64,000 bases of DNA, taken from positions 79,918,001 to 79,982,000 of the forward strand of contig OX597821.1 of the NCBI GenBank assembly GCA_951406725.2. Direction: 5' to 3'. The notes under the pieces are model-generated. The model was not told the DNA's origin and made no database searches. It was given only the letters and a program-made list of their open reading frames with translations. Shown in pieces: positions 42,735-56,919 of the stretch. The position numbers were made by a program, and so were the translations under genes. Source of the stretch: Octopus vulgaris. Taxonomy: Eukaryota. Position 1 is the first letter of the stretch. Each line of letters starts with the position of its first letter.

Positions 42735-42851
42735 CATACATATATACATACATACATATATATTTATATATACATACATATATATATATGAATATATATA
42801 TATATATATATATATACATACATATATACATACATACATATATATTTATAT

Positions 42852-43087
<236 letters not shown>

Positions 43088-43184
43088 TTAAACGACTGAA
43101 AGACTTCACCAGGTGGTGCTATTAAGTTAGACATGGCCTGGGCCAATAATGGCCGAAACCTATCAAAGTATCAAAGTATCAAAG

Positions 43185-43945
<761 letters not shown>

Positions 43946-43975
43946 GAATAAAAGAATGTATACAACATATATATT

Positions 43976-44010
<35 letters not shown>

Positions 44011-44052
44011 ATGTATATTAAATATTATATATATATATTATATATATATTAT

Positions 44053-44222
44053 ATTCTCCCCAGAATCCTTAATATTATACATACATGTATGTACACACAC
44101 ACACATATATGTATAAAGATATATATATATATATATATATATCTTTATACATATATATCTTTATACATATATGTGTGTGTGTACGTACATGTATGTATAA
44201 TATTAAGGATTCTGGGGAGAAT
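44053..44222. repeat. 170-bp palindrome centred on TA repeats
   Basis: attctccccagaatccttaatattatacatacatgta / tacatgtatgtataatattaaggattctggggagaat. Confidence 0.9.
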
Positions 44223-44408
44223 CGGGCACTCAAATGAAAGCAGCACCTAAAAGTCGGATAAATACCCCGGGTACTGACGTACATCCAGTAAAATGTTCAG
44301 TATTTAATGGCTAGGTGCTGGTCCAAAGGGCACGTTGTGTTGATCACCCGGAGTTTGGTATACTCTAGGATGTCCGATGGTTCGTGAATCCCTTTGTATT
44401 ATAAGCAT

Positions 44409-44706
44409 CATTACAGCTATTTCTGACGCATTTTTAATAGATGGCTGCGTACATTACGTCTTTGCAAAAAAACCGTATTCATCAGATAGTATATATAATT
44501 TCAAAACAATTGAAGAACACTCCGAAGCTGACCATGACTGGGCCTCAGTCATGGTCAGCCTCGGGTGGCTGATAGGCTGATAGGCGTTCATGGAGTGTTC
44601 TTTCATTGTTTTAATATTACATGTACCATCTGATGAATACGTTTTTTTTACTATGACGTAATGTATTCGTTCAATAAATAAAAACGCGTAAGAAACAACA
44701 GTCATG
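44409..44706. mobile_element. Old fold-back element with a degenerate hammerhead in each arm
   Basis: Central hairpin at 44527-44559. Plus arm: cat-CTGATGA-atacg...cgtaa-GAAA-caacag-TC-atg (44627-44706). Minus arm: tat-CTGATGA-atacg...cgtca-GAAA-tagctg-TA-atg (44409-44488). Confidence 0.6.
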
Positions 44707-45117
44707 AACTGACATTTATCCATCGATTCTTATTTATTCATTTGTACACACATACATACACATGCATACATACATACATACATACATACATACATACACA
44801 TGCATACATACATACATACATACATGCATACATACATACACATGCATACATACATACATACATACACATGCATACATACATACATACATACATACCTACA
44901 TACATACATACATACATACATACATACATACATACATACATACGTGTGTGTGTATACATATATGTATGTATATAAATATAGGGAGAGAAAGAGAGAGAAG
45001 TTATGAAATAGAGCAATAATTAACATTGAGAAGTGGATCGTTGGTGTTTAAAAGTCATTATATAAATGAATTTGGAACATTTACAGCTGGTTCTGTTTAT
45101 CAAATTGGAGATGCATC

Positions 45118-45149
<32 letters not shown>

Positions 45150-45299
45150 CATATATTTATATATATATATGTATATATATATATACATATATATATACAT
45201 ATATATATACATACATATATATATATATACATACATACACACACACGCATATATATATATATATATATACATACATATATATATATACATACACCCGCA

Positions 45300-45353
<54 letters not shown>

Positions 45354-45361
<8 letters not shown>

Positions 45362-46304
45362 ATGTTACATTACTCGGTAGTCAAGATAAAACTCTGAGTT
45401 TCAGATGCCGAAGTGGAAATCCACAACACCATCTCTTCGGTTATCTGGCTATTTGAAAACGTTATGAAAAAATACCGTTAAAAAAGAAGGGAAATTACTC
45501 TGTTATAACTCTTCTTTGCCTGCGTACTTATACATCGCTCGCATTTTTCGTCATAAAAATTATATAAAAATACATAAAAATATATAAAAATATATAAAAA
45601 TATATAAAATCTTCTTGGGACATAACACAGAAAGCATGTTCTATCCGTTTTCTTTAGGGGACCAAAAACGTAACAGAAATTTAGTCACATGTGGGCATGA
45701 TCCGAAAAGCTCTGTCCTTGTATTTAGACATGTGGTAGGGTCTAAGCTGCTTTTCCAGATAAGCCATCTCTCCATGTCGCATAGACCCTACCACATGTAT
45801 AGACCCTACCACATGCATAGACCCTACCGTATAGACCCTACCACATGTACCACAGCTTAGACCCTACCACATGTCTAAATACAAGGACAGAGCTTTTCGG
45901 ATCATGCCCACATGTGACTAAATTTCTGTTACGTTTTTGGTCCCCTAAAGAAAACGGATAGAACATGCTTTCTGTGTTATGTCCCAAGAAGATTTTATAT
46001 ATTTTTATATATTTTTATGTATTTTTATATAATTTTTATGACGAAAAATGCGAGCGATGTATAAGTACGCAGGCAAAGCAGAGTTATAACAGAGTAATTT
46101 CCCTTCTTTTTTCACGGTATTTTTTCATAACGTTTTCAAATAGCCAGATAACCGAAGAGATGGTGTTGTGGATTTCCACTTCGGCATCTGAAACTCAGAG
46201 TTTTATCTTGACTACCGAGTAATGTAACATATTGTATAGATAAATTTCCTCTATTTACACAATATTGAGGTCTCTTTCTTTCTTTTGTTATCTTACCGCT
46301 TTAT

Positions 46305-46307
<3 letters not shown>
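45354..46307. mobile_element. Fold-back element between (TA)n runs with ~390-bp near-perfect arms and a hammerhead-like motif
   Basis: Arms at 45354-45749 and 45853-46238; spacer holds ~18-bp atagaccctaccacatg repeats; the right arm extends about 70 bp further to a TA run. Confidence 0.9.
46146..46208 (+). ncRNA. Variant hammerhead (U4C core); mirror copy at 45384-45446 (-), related copy at 46439-46499 (+)
   Basis: agataa-CCGAAGA-gatg...catc-t-GAAA-ctcagag-TT-ttatct. Related copy: gataa-CTGAACA-gatg...catc-c-GAAA-ctcggag-TT-ttatc. Confidence 0.65.
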
Positions 46308-46381
<74 letters not shown>

Positions 46382-46888
46382 CATATATATATATATATAT
46401 ACACACATATCTATAAACATATACATATCCGATGGCCGGATAACTGAACAGATGGCGGCGTGGATTTCCATCCTGACATCCGAAACTCGGAGTTTTATCA
46501 TGGCTATTGAATAATTGTCACATATTATATTTACAGATATGTGTATATATATATGTATATATACATACATACATATATATATATATATGTATATATATAC
46601 ATACTATATATATACATTCACACTTACACACACACACATGTATACATACACTCACTCACACACATGCGCACACATAATACTCAGTATGGCGGATCAACTT
46701 ATTTAAAACAGCGTAAACATTTATAAAGAGTGGAATTCTCTCCAGAAGTATATTGATAGGATTGGTTTCAATGGGACTTCTAGTTTCGCCTTTAACGACT
46801 CATTTAACCAATAGGAAAAGTCACGAAATTTGGGACTTCAAATTGCAACCAAACCAATACTATGTATATGTATACAAACATACATACA

Positions 46889-46951
<63 letters not shown>

Positions 46952-47134
46952 CATATGTATGAATGAATTTATATGTGCGTGTGTTTGTGCACGCGCACGC
47001 GCATGCATGTACAAAATTAAATCGTGCAATAAACACTGAAATGTGAACAGCTGACGTCACAGATGGGACCGATTAAAATATGAGTTAAACATTTGAATAT
47101 AGTGGAAACAATGTGTTGTGTATTTATAAGACAT

Positions 47135-47335
47135 TGGTTCCAAATTCTGGAACAACGTTTGGGGAGTGGGTTAGTCGATTATATCGACTCCAGCATTCAA
47201 CTGGTACATATATCGGCTCCGAAAGGATGAAAGGCAAAGTCGGCCTCGGAGGAATTCGAACTAAAAAAGCAGACGAAATGCCGCGAAGCATCTTTTAGTG
47301 CTCGGCGTGCTAACGATTCTGCCAGCTCACCACCA
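47135..47335 (-). mobile_element. SINE family A
   Basis: Core match to family A. Confidence 0.75.
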
Positions 47336-47416
47336 TCTTGCCTATTTATAGATATTAAAATAACTGTTTGAAGCGACAAACTTTTAGATCTGAAAATGTT
47401 GTTGCCGATGTTTTTG

Positions 47417-47453
47417 ATCATCATCATCATCATCATCATCGTCATCATCGTCG

Positions 47454-47533
<80 letters not shown>

Positions 47534-47547
47534 GTCATCATCGTCGT

Positions 47548-47614
<67 letters not shown>

Positions 47615-47643
47615 GTCATCATCATCGTCATCATCATCATCAT
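47417..47643. repeat. (CAT)n microsatellite
   Basis: Read directly from the sequence. Confidence 0.97.
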
Positions 47644-48321
47644 CTCTTTCTTCTATGTTCTGGTTTTTGCAATTTGGGATTTCCTAACTGATTCTAAACG
47701 CAGAAAATTTCTATTTTTGTGTGTGTACTACTACAGAACAAAGGTATATTTACATTAATTGTTTAGATATTTTTGCCCCTTTGGGGCAAGAAGACACGTT
47801 AATAAAGCATTTTGGATCCGACATGTAACTTTCATCGTATTTTTAGCAAGATGATGATAAAACAAGTAGCGGCAGACACACTAAAAAATATCTCCACAAA
47901 CACCAAACAATGAAAAATATAAGATGAACTCGAATAGTTTGCACCGACACACAGACATTTCGAAAGGATTAAGTAATAAGGATTTGCTAAACACCCAAGG
48001 CGACTTTAATACTCCGCTTGCTAAAAGCAACAACAAAAACAAGATCATTTGTAGGGCTCATATATATACACATATATACACAAACTTCAAAACTGTGGGT
48101 ACAGTGGAACAGCAGGCATAAATACGTGAAATAACCACTAGTTGTCCCATACTTCGATATATGGCATTAATATATATATATATATATCACATAAACAGAA
48201 GTGGATAAAAATACGAGTTCAAATTCACATACGCTGATGTACATATAAGCGAATATAGAGAGTGTTGTATAAACACACACACACTCAAACGCACACGCTC
48301 GCGCGCGCACACTTTCTTTTT

Positions 48322-48502
48322 TTGGGGAGGGAACCAGTGATTAGATCGACTCCAGGACGCAACTGGTACTTAATTTATCGTCCCCGAAAGGATGAAAGGC
48401 AAAGACGCCCTCGGCGGAAATTGAACTCAGGACGTAACGGCAGACGAAATACGGTTACGCATTTCGCTACCGTGCTAACGTTTCTGTCAGCTCGCCGCCT
48501 TT
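48322..48502 (-). mobile_element. SINE family A
   Basis: Core match to family A. Confidence 0.8.
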
Positions 48503-48928
48503 ATATATTGAAGTAGGAATATCCAGAGATCGCGGAATGCTGTACGTCACGTCCCACGCAGATAATGCTTACAAGAACCAGACTGCAGTATAAACGGTGC
48601 AGTGACAGGTGGGCTCGGAGCTGGGAGAAGGGAGTGTTTTAACCCGATGCTGTATGGGCGGGAAACATGAAATATATATACTTTTTAAATAACTTTGTTT
48701 TATTCATCTTCTTTTGCTGTTATTTAATATATTTCCTTATTTTTTAAAAAAACATTTTTTTAAAGTGCTTCCTTTGTAAAAAGTCCCTGACCTATCCCCT
48801 CTTGTTTTATATAACTTGTTTGTCTTACCCTGACATGCTTTTTTTGAGCCCCTCGTCTTAACGTTCATATTTTGCATGCATGAACGATAATGTATGTAAT
48901 TGCAATTAGAGGCGAAGTAAAAGAACAG

Positions 48929-48960
<32 letters not shown>

Positions 48961-48964
48961 TATT

Positions 48965-49382
48965 TAAGGTGGCGAGCTGGCAGAATAATGAGCACGCCAC
49001 GGAAAAAAACCCCTTCCGGCATTTCGTCCGTCTTTACGGTCTGAGTTCAAATACCATCGGTGTCGACTTTCGGGTTCTGTGTTCAAATTCCATCGGGGTC
49101 CTTTCGGGCTCGATAAAATAAGTACCAGTTGTGCACTGGGGTCGATTTAATCGATTTACTCCCTGCCACAAACCTGCTGGCATTGTGCCAAATTTTGAAT
49201 CCTAAAGGCGACGAGAATCGATAGCACACCGGGAAAAATGCTTTACGGCATTTTGTCTGTCTTTTATGTTCCGAGTTTTCTGCCGAGGTCGACTTTGCCT
49301 TCTTTTCGGAGTCGATAAAATAAATACTAGTCAAGCACTGGGGTCGATGTAATCAACTAGCCTCTTTGCACCAAATTTCAGG

Positions 49383-49385
<3 letters not shown>
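48965..49385 (+). mobile_element. Two SINE family A copies
   Basis: Heads taaggtggcgagctggcag and taaaggcgacgag. Confidence 0.75.
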
Positions 49386-49412
<27 letters not shown>

Positions 49413-49418
<6 letters not shown>

Positions 49419-50011
49419 ATTGAAGAAATGGAGTTGAACGAAGATTGAACAGAAATCGTTTTATTTCATTCTACACGTGTTTCGAAAGGCACAATTTACC
49501 AAATTCCGATTGAATAATGAGACCATATTGTGTCTTTCTCTTCAGGAAGAAATAGGAAATCCGTTGGAAAAAACAAAAACAGAACAGAGGCGGAGCAAAA
49601 CAAATCGAACTAGGCTCCTAAGAACCCATGGCCAAACCATGGGCTCTTAGGAGCCTAGTTCGATTTGTTTTGCTCCGCCTCTGTTCTGTTTTTGTTTTTT
49701 CCAACGGATTTCCTATTTCTTCCTGAAGAGAAAGACACAATATGGTCTCATTATTCAATCGGAATTTGGTAAATTGTGCCTTTCGAAACACGTGTAGAAT
49801 GAAATAAAACGATTTCTGTTCAATCTTCGTTCAACTCCATTTCTTCAATTCACTAATAATATTAAAATTCAATTATCCGCACCAACGCACGGTTGCAACA
49901 CCATATGGTTGTACCTCCAACCGTGCTGTCTTCTGCTGTGATTTTTGCTACCAAGGTATCGGTTAAACTTTTGATTAATCTGCAACAAGATTATTCATCT
50001 TTCTATTTCAC

Positions 50012-50013
<2 letters not shown>
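49413..50013. mobile_element. Fold-back hammerhead element between (TA)n runs
   Basis: Arms at 49413-49631 and 49637-49855 (219 bp, one mismatch seen) with a 5-nt loop; the right arm extends about 160 bp further to a TA run. Confidence 0.92.
49720..49799 (+). ncRNA. Type I hammerhead ribozyme; mirror copy at 49469-49548 (-)
   Basis: ttc-CTGAAGA-gaaagacacaat...attgtgcctttc-GAAA-cacgtg-TA-gaa. Confidence 0.88.
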
Positions 50014-50048
<35 letters not shown>

Positions 50049-50050
<2 letters not shown>

Positions 50051-50178
50051 GACAGGCTTCTTTCAGTTTCCGTCTACCATATCTACTCACAAAGCTTTGG
50101 TAGTCCCTAGGCTATAGTAGAAGACACTTGCCCAAGGTGCCACGTACAACGATGTGGTTGGGAAGCCTGCTTCTTATC
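50049..50178 (-). mobile_element. SINE family B, 5' half
   Basis: acgacaggcttctttcagtttccgtctacc...gaagacacttgcccaaggtgccacg. Confidence 0.8.
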
Positions 50179-50927
50179 ACACACTCACGCATGCGCCAAT
50201 GATATTTGATAGAACTTGATAATTTGTAGAAAAAAAGCATACACATGATTGTATATACATATACGTAGACGTATCGTAATATAGTATGCATTTAACACAT
50301 GCTCTATGTTATACAGTAATTAAACATTATTTCAAGGAGAACGTGTGAGTGTATTAAATATAAATATAAACTGCATTATTTTAACGCTTCTTCCTGTGCA
50401 TATACATAATTAAATGCCGCTTGATTAGACCTTGCATACACCAGCAAGATTATTTTTTATTGTTTACATTTAAGAACAGCAGTTCTCACTGGGCTATGAA
50501 CGACTGAAGCGGTATCTATAAATGATGGAGCGCAACGAGGTGGAAACACGTGCCTTGCAATCTGATGACGTCATTAAGAACCTAACTCGAACCATATTTT
50601 TGCATACATAGACTGTAAAGGGAATGTCTCCGAGACAAGTAACGCAGCGAAGACGGTCGTATAACAAAGGTAAATACTTAACGTATACATGTATAGATAT
50701 ACACACACACACACGAACACACATACACGAACACACATACACACACACACACACACGAACAAACACACACACACACACGAACACACACACACACACGAAC
50801 ACACACACACACACACGAACACACACATACACACGTAATGGATCTTTATTTCACCACTGTTGATTGTGTATGTAACACGCAAAACTTAGATAATTAAGTC
50901 TGCAGTCTCACAAATTTTCTCTTGATA

Positions 50928-50983
<56 letters not shown>

Positions 50984-51236
50984 CACACACATAAATGCAT
51001 ATACATACATGAGCATATATGTGTGTGTATATATATATATACATACAAGCATATATATAAATGTATATACAAACATATGTACATATATACATACACACAC
51101 ACACAAACACATATATATATATATATATGTGTATATTTACACATATAAATGTATATATGTATTTGTACATGCATACATACATACAAACACATATATACAT
51201 ATATATATATATATATATTCATACATACATATATAC

Positions 51237-51289
<53 letters not shown>

Positions 51290-52268
51290 ATACGGTCCTT
51301 CCTCCTCTGACTGAGCTATTAAAAACAACAAAGCAAAACCCCCAGAAAATATTTAAGATATCCTTTCTTTGTTTAAGACGGTTGGATATAATTCGTAGGA
51401 GATTTGGTTGTTATTACTAACAGGTCGACCGACGACATAGGGGCCCCCCTCGTGAGACCAACCACCGTTGCGACTGTTGTGGTTACTGCTTGCAACACAT
51501 GTTAAACATGATTTAATTTAATTATGGCGTCATGCTTTTCATTTCCATCAATATATTTGTGTTGTGGAAATGGCTTCGAGAGGAAGTCTCTGGTTACTAT
51601 TTCTCTGGAGAATTGAGTCAGAACTGAATTTCAATGTGAATTTTACATACTGCAACGTACGCGCGCAGACACGCACGTACACACGCACAGACACAGACAC
51701 ACACACACATACACACACACACACACTCATACTCACACACAGATACATAGATACACACACATAGACACACACATACACACGCATACATGCATACATACAT
51801 ACCCACATACATACATATCCACATACATACTCGCATATATACATACATATATATATACACATACATACATACATACACACACAAGCAAATACATTAACAG
51901 TCTACGCCGACATATACATTCGCTCGCACACACACAGACAAACACACACGCACACACATGCATACTCACGTGCAAACACGCACACATACGCGCGCGCACA
52001 CATGCACACGCACGCACACATGCTCACGCTCGCACGCACACATGCACACGCACGCACACATGCTCACGCACGCACACATGCTCACGCACGCACTCATACA
52101 TTCACTAGTCTGTGTTCACACATGCATTCACGAGACTACGATCAAATACACATCACTGCACACAAATACATACACACACACGCTCATACATATACGCGCA
52201 CTCGTTCACACGCACATACATACATACATACATACATACATACATACATACATACATACATACATACA

Positions 52269-52330
<62 letters not shown>

Positions 52331-52494
52331 CACATAAACAGAAGTGCACAGAAGTGCACAGAAGTGGATTAAAATACGAATTCAAATTCACATACGCTGA
52401 TGTACATATAAGCGAATATAGAGAGTGTTGTATAAACACACACACACTCAAACAAACACACACACACGCACGCACGCACATACGCATATTCTTT

Positions 52495-53046
52495 TTTGGA
52501 GAGGGAGCCAGTGATTAGATCGACACCAGAACGCAACTGGTACTTAATTTATCGTCCCCGAAAGGATGAGAGGCAAAGTCGACATCGGCGGAATTTGAAC
52601 TCAGAACATAAAGACAGACTAAATACATATTTCTTTACTGCTCACAAGGGGCTACACACAGAGTGGACAAACAAGGACAGACAAACGGATTAAGTCGATT
52701 ACATCGACCCCAGTGCGTAACTGGTACTTATTTAATCGATACCGAAAGGATGAAAGGCAAAGTAGACCTCGGCGGAATTTGAACTCAGAACATAACGGCA
52801 GACGAAATACCTAGTTCTATACTACCCACAAGGGGTTAAACACAGAGTGGACAAACAAGGACAGACAAACGGATTAAGTCGATTACATCGACCCCAGTGC
52901 GTAACTGGTACTTATTTAATCAATACCGAAAGGATGAAAGGCAAAGCCGTCCTCGGCGGAATTTGAAACTCAGAAGGTAGCGGCAGACGAAATACTGCTA
53001 AGCATTTCGCCCGGCGTGCTAACGTTTCTGCCAGTTCGCCGCCTTT
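52495..53046 (-). mobile_element. SINE family A trimer
   Basis: Three ~185-bp internal modules followed by the head ...gccagttcgccgccttt. Confidence 0.85.
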
Positions 53047-53456
53047 AAATACGTATATTCTGAAAGAAAAAAAAAATGAGATTTTGTTCTTCACATTTTT
53101 AAGTTCCTTTTATATTTTTATTCTTTCATTCTTTGTATATTACAACGCATATAGAGATATGTTTTTTTTTAGAGATGTATTTTTGTCTCTCAGGCTACAC
53201 ACACACACACACACACATACACACACATCTGTGTGCATAACTATAAGTATATATGTATGTATGTGTATGTATGTATATATATATATGTATATATATATAA
53301 TATGCACACATATATGTATGTATATATATGTATATATATGCATATATAAAGACATAAATATATATATATATATTACGTATGTTTTATATATACACATATA
53401 TCAGGTATATCATATAAATTATATTATTCGTGTATATATATGTATGTGCGTGTGTA

Positions 53457-53507
<51 letters not shown>

Positions 53508-54410
53508 GTATATATATATATATACATATGTATATATATAGAGAGAGAGCAAGTGATAGTGAGAGAGACATGCATATACATAAATATATGCACACACGTA
53601 CACTCCCGCATGCATAAATATGAACAGACAGACACAAGCGCACGCACACACACACACACTCACAACCAAGCTCTCATACACATATATAGACTTTTTTTTA
53701 TACATATATATACCCTCGAGCCAACTCGTTACGCTCCAAACAGCACCACTTCACACACCTAATCCAATCACGCTATAGAACTACAGAACGTTATTTAAAA
53801 TAGAACAACGCTAACAATTCCGAAATCGAATAATTTCGGTTGGCGGGGTAGGTCAGCCATATTGAAAAACTTGACTCTCGGGAGTTAGTCGATAATGAAA
53901 ACATTCGGCGACGCTTTAGGGTCCAATGTTTTCTATACAGACGGGTTGAGTCCTATTTCATTTTTCTTTCTCGTTTGATTATAATATTTATTTATTTATT
54001 TATTTATTTATTCAGTTGTCTTGTAAACATTGATTGTTTTCACTTCACAGCTATGCGTATCTCTGTGGGCATCACTTACGCTCTGGCTTGATTTGGCTTG
54101 GCGTGTCCTATTGTATTGTATATGTGTAACTTTATCGTATAGTATATAACTATATCGAATGATATATCTATTAAATGTGTCTTCTACTGTACAGTATATG
54201 TGTATTCTCTTGTATAATATATTTGAATTCTATTGTATAGTATTTAAGTATATTGTATACTATATATGTCATAAATGTGTATTCTACTATACAGCATATA
54301 AATTTATTTTACAGCATATTCGGTATACGTGTTTTCCATTGAGTAGTATATAACTATATTGTATAATATATATTATATGTGTATTCTGTTGTGTAGTTCA
54401 CGTTGTGTGA

Positions 54411-54724
54411 AGGTGCGTGACTTAGTGGTTAGGGGATTTGGTTTACTATGGTGAGTTCGATACTCAGCGGCCCATTATGTCCTCGAGCGAAATACTTTTT
54501 TATTTCACGTGGCTCCAGTCCACCCAGCTGGTAAAAATGCAGAGCACCTGTAATTAAAAGACTGGGCAATGTCACGTTCTGTGTCATATTGAATCTCCCT
54601 GAGAACTACGTTAAGGGTACACGTGTCTGTGGAATGCTCAGCCACTTGCACATTAATTTCACGAGCAGGCTGTTCCGTTGATCGGATCAACTGGAACCCT
54701 CGTCGTCGTAACCGACGGAGTGCC
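54411..54724 (+). mobile_element. SINE family C
   Basis: Match to 12756-13072. Confidence 0.85.
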
Positions 54725-54774
54725 AATAAGGATATATTGCATAAAATCGTAGTATACTAAATAGTATACATATA

Positions 54775-55014
54775 TATTGGGTTAATTATTGCGGCATGTT
54801 TTCAACAAATTTTATTCAACAAAAATAATAACATGTAACAATCTTTGAATGATTATTCCGGAGCATATTCACCATCTACTTCAATTACTGCTTCCTATAT
54901 GCTTGGCAGACCGTCAGACCGTAATTTAAAGATGTTTTTATTAAATATTGTTATTGTTTTTGTTGAATGAAATTTGTTGAAAAAAAGCTGCAATAATTAT
55001 GCACCAACCCAATA
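54775..55014. mobile_element. Mariner-type MITE
   Basis: TA-ttgggtt(ggtgca)taattattgc...ttcaacaaattt / aaatttgttgaa...gcaataattatgcaccaacccaa-TA; about 60-bp imperfect TIRs resembling mariner termini. Confidence 0.75.
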
Positions 55015-55467
55015 CAGATATTGTTATATTTCGGGACGGTCATTTTTCTTATTTTTGCCAAATAAACACACGCACTATATATTTGTTCTTCACTTGTTTA
55101 TTACGGTTCTCTTTTTCTTTTTCATCTTAACTCATGTCCATTGTCCGGAAATCTTTCGTCACACATGTGTGACCTCTTCAGCGACACTTTTCGTTTTCGT
55201 GCGCGCTCTTGCTCCACTTACTCCGTTCTGTTCTTCTAAGATGTGTAGATACTTATCTTAGAAAATGTGTGACGAAATTTTTCTGGACAATGGACATGAG
55301 TTAAAATAAAAAAAAAAGAACAGGAATAAACGAGTGAAGAACAAATATATAGTGCGTGTGTTTATTTGGCACCCCCCCCCTACCAAAAATGACTATCCCA
55401 AAATACAACAATATCTGTTTCAACACACGATTTCTCATCAGGGATCTAGTAACACAAATTGATAAAC

Positions 55468-55468
<1 letters not shown>
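55014..55468. mobile_element. Diverged fold-back element with a hammerhead-like motif at 55143-55185 (-)
   Basis: Arms at about 55014-55167 and 55268-55418. Minus strand reads gtcg-CTGAAGA-g-gtcacacatgtgtgac-GAAA-gatt-TC-cggac. Ends in (TA)n. Confidence 0.7.
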
Positions 55469-55523
<55 letters not shown>

Positions 55524-55598
55524 AGAATAAAGCTCTTGCACGAGTAACATACACTCGGAAGGTCAGTTTCTATGGCGTATCTATAGTTCAACTGGACA

Positions 55599-55631
<33 letters not shown>

Positions 55632-55635
55632 CATA

Positions 55636-55674
<39 letters not shown>

Positions 55675-55694
55675 TCACACACACATATGTATGT

Positions 55695-55725
<31 letters not shown>

Positions 55726-56059
55726 GTAAACGTGTATTCTACAATATTGTATATAAGTATATTGTGCAGTATATATATATATATATAGCTTGTGTATATT
55801 CTATTCTACAATATATAAGTGCAATCGCTTCTGGTATTGTTTTCCGTATCGTGTGTATATGAGTAAGATCATTGCAGCGTCAAAAAAGGGATTTGTGATA
55901 TTTGTTCTGAGTCCTTATTTTCCGAGCTCATACCCAGCTAAGTTCAAATTTGCACCTTCATCCTTTCGGGCTCGATAAATTTAAGTACCAATCAAATGCT
56001 TGTGTCGATGTTACAGTCTATCCTCACAACCTCAAAATTGCTAATCTGGTCTGGTGCCT

Positions 56060-56400
56060 AAATTAGGGGCAATTACTGTTGTTAGTGTTAACTGTGGAAT
56101 TATGTCTCATGGGTTTGTGTCGCTTATGGAACGAAACCAGCTGCCAGCCGAGTTCATTCTTGATGATCGCTCTACTACCGTCTTTCATCCCAGAATGGTT
56201 GACAGTTTCTCAACGTCTAATGAACATGCCGAAACGGGTGGCATGGTAGACAATATTGGAAGGATCCTTTTGAGTGGAAGATGAAGGGAAGAGAGAGATA
56301 CAGTCTTTCCCATCAGTAAATTTGACCCTAAATTCCTCGTTATATTTACTGTTTGTAATAAGATGTCAAACATCTTCGTTGCATATCGGTATATCGCGTA
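56060..56400 (-). pseudogene. Possible decayed Penelope GIY-YIG endonuclease region
   Basis: Across frameshifts: RRCLTS...VKFTDG...SNIVYHAT.FG/CSLDV/ETVNH, resembling NxIY-x-C-x2-C-x3-YIGET. Confidence 0.35.
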
Positions 56401-56470
56401 TTTAGGATTTTTCCATTGGAGTACCTTATAATTTATTCTTCTTTTCTAAGTATGCATGTGTGTATGTATG

Positions 56471-56515
<45 letters not shown>

Positions 56516-56692
56516 GTCTATCTATCGTACCTATAATATAGTTTTCATTTTACTTATTGTATTGTGTTGTTTTTCATCATACACACGCACGCACACACAC
56601 AATCAAGCATATTTATATAAGGGGTGGTAGTACGTTTATGTATGTGTGTGCGTGCAGGTATATCTACACAAACATGTGTATATATGTGCATA

Positions 56693-56777
<85 letters not shown>

Positions 56778-56806
56778 GTATATATATATATGTATATATA
56801 TATATG

Positions 56807-56840
<34 letters not shown>

Positions 56841-56919
56841 ATATATGTATGTATGTATAAATATATATATATAAGCAACAATAAATCTCCGAAAGAGATG
56901 TAAACAGTAACCGCTCGAC

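Noticed and set aside
45354-46238. Reading the large palindromes as ordinary TIR MITEs
   Set aside because: The arms are asymmetric (one extends further), there are no superfamily-type termini, and they carry hammerhead cores. A Penelope-type inversion fits better.
48570-48650. Possible minus-strand exon (cag|...|gtaagc)
   Set aside because: The splice signals are plausible but common, the peptide is unrecognisable, and support is insufficient.
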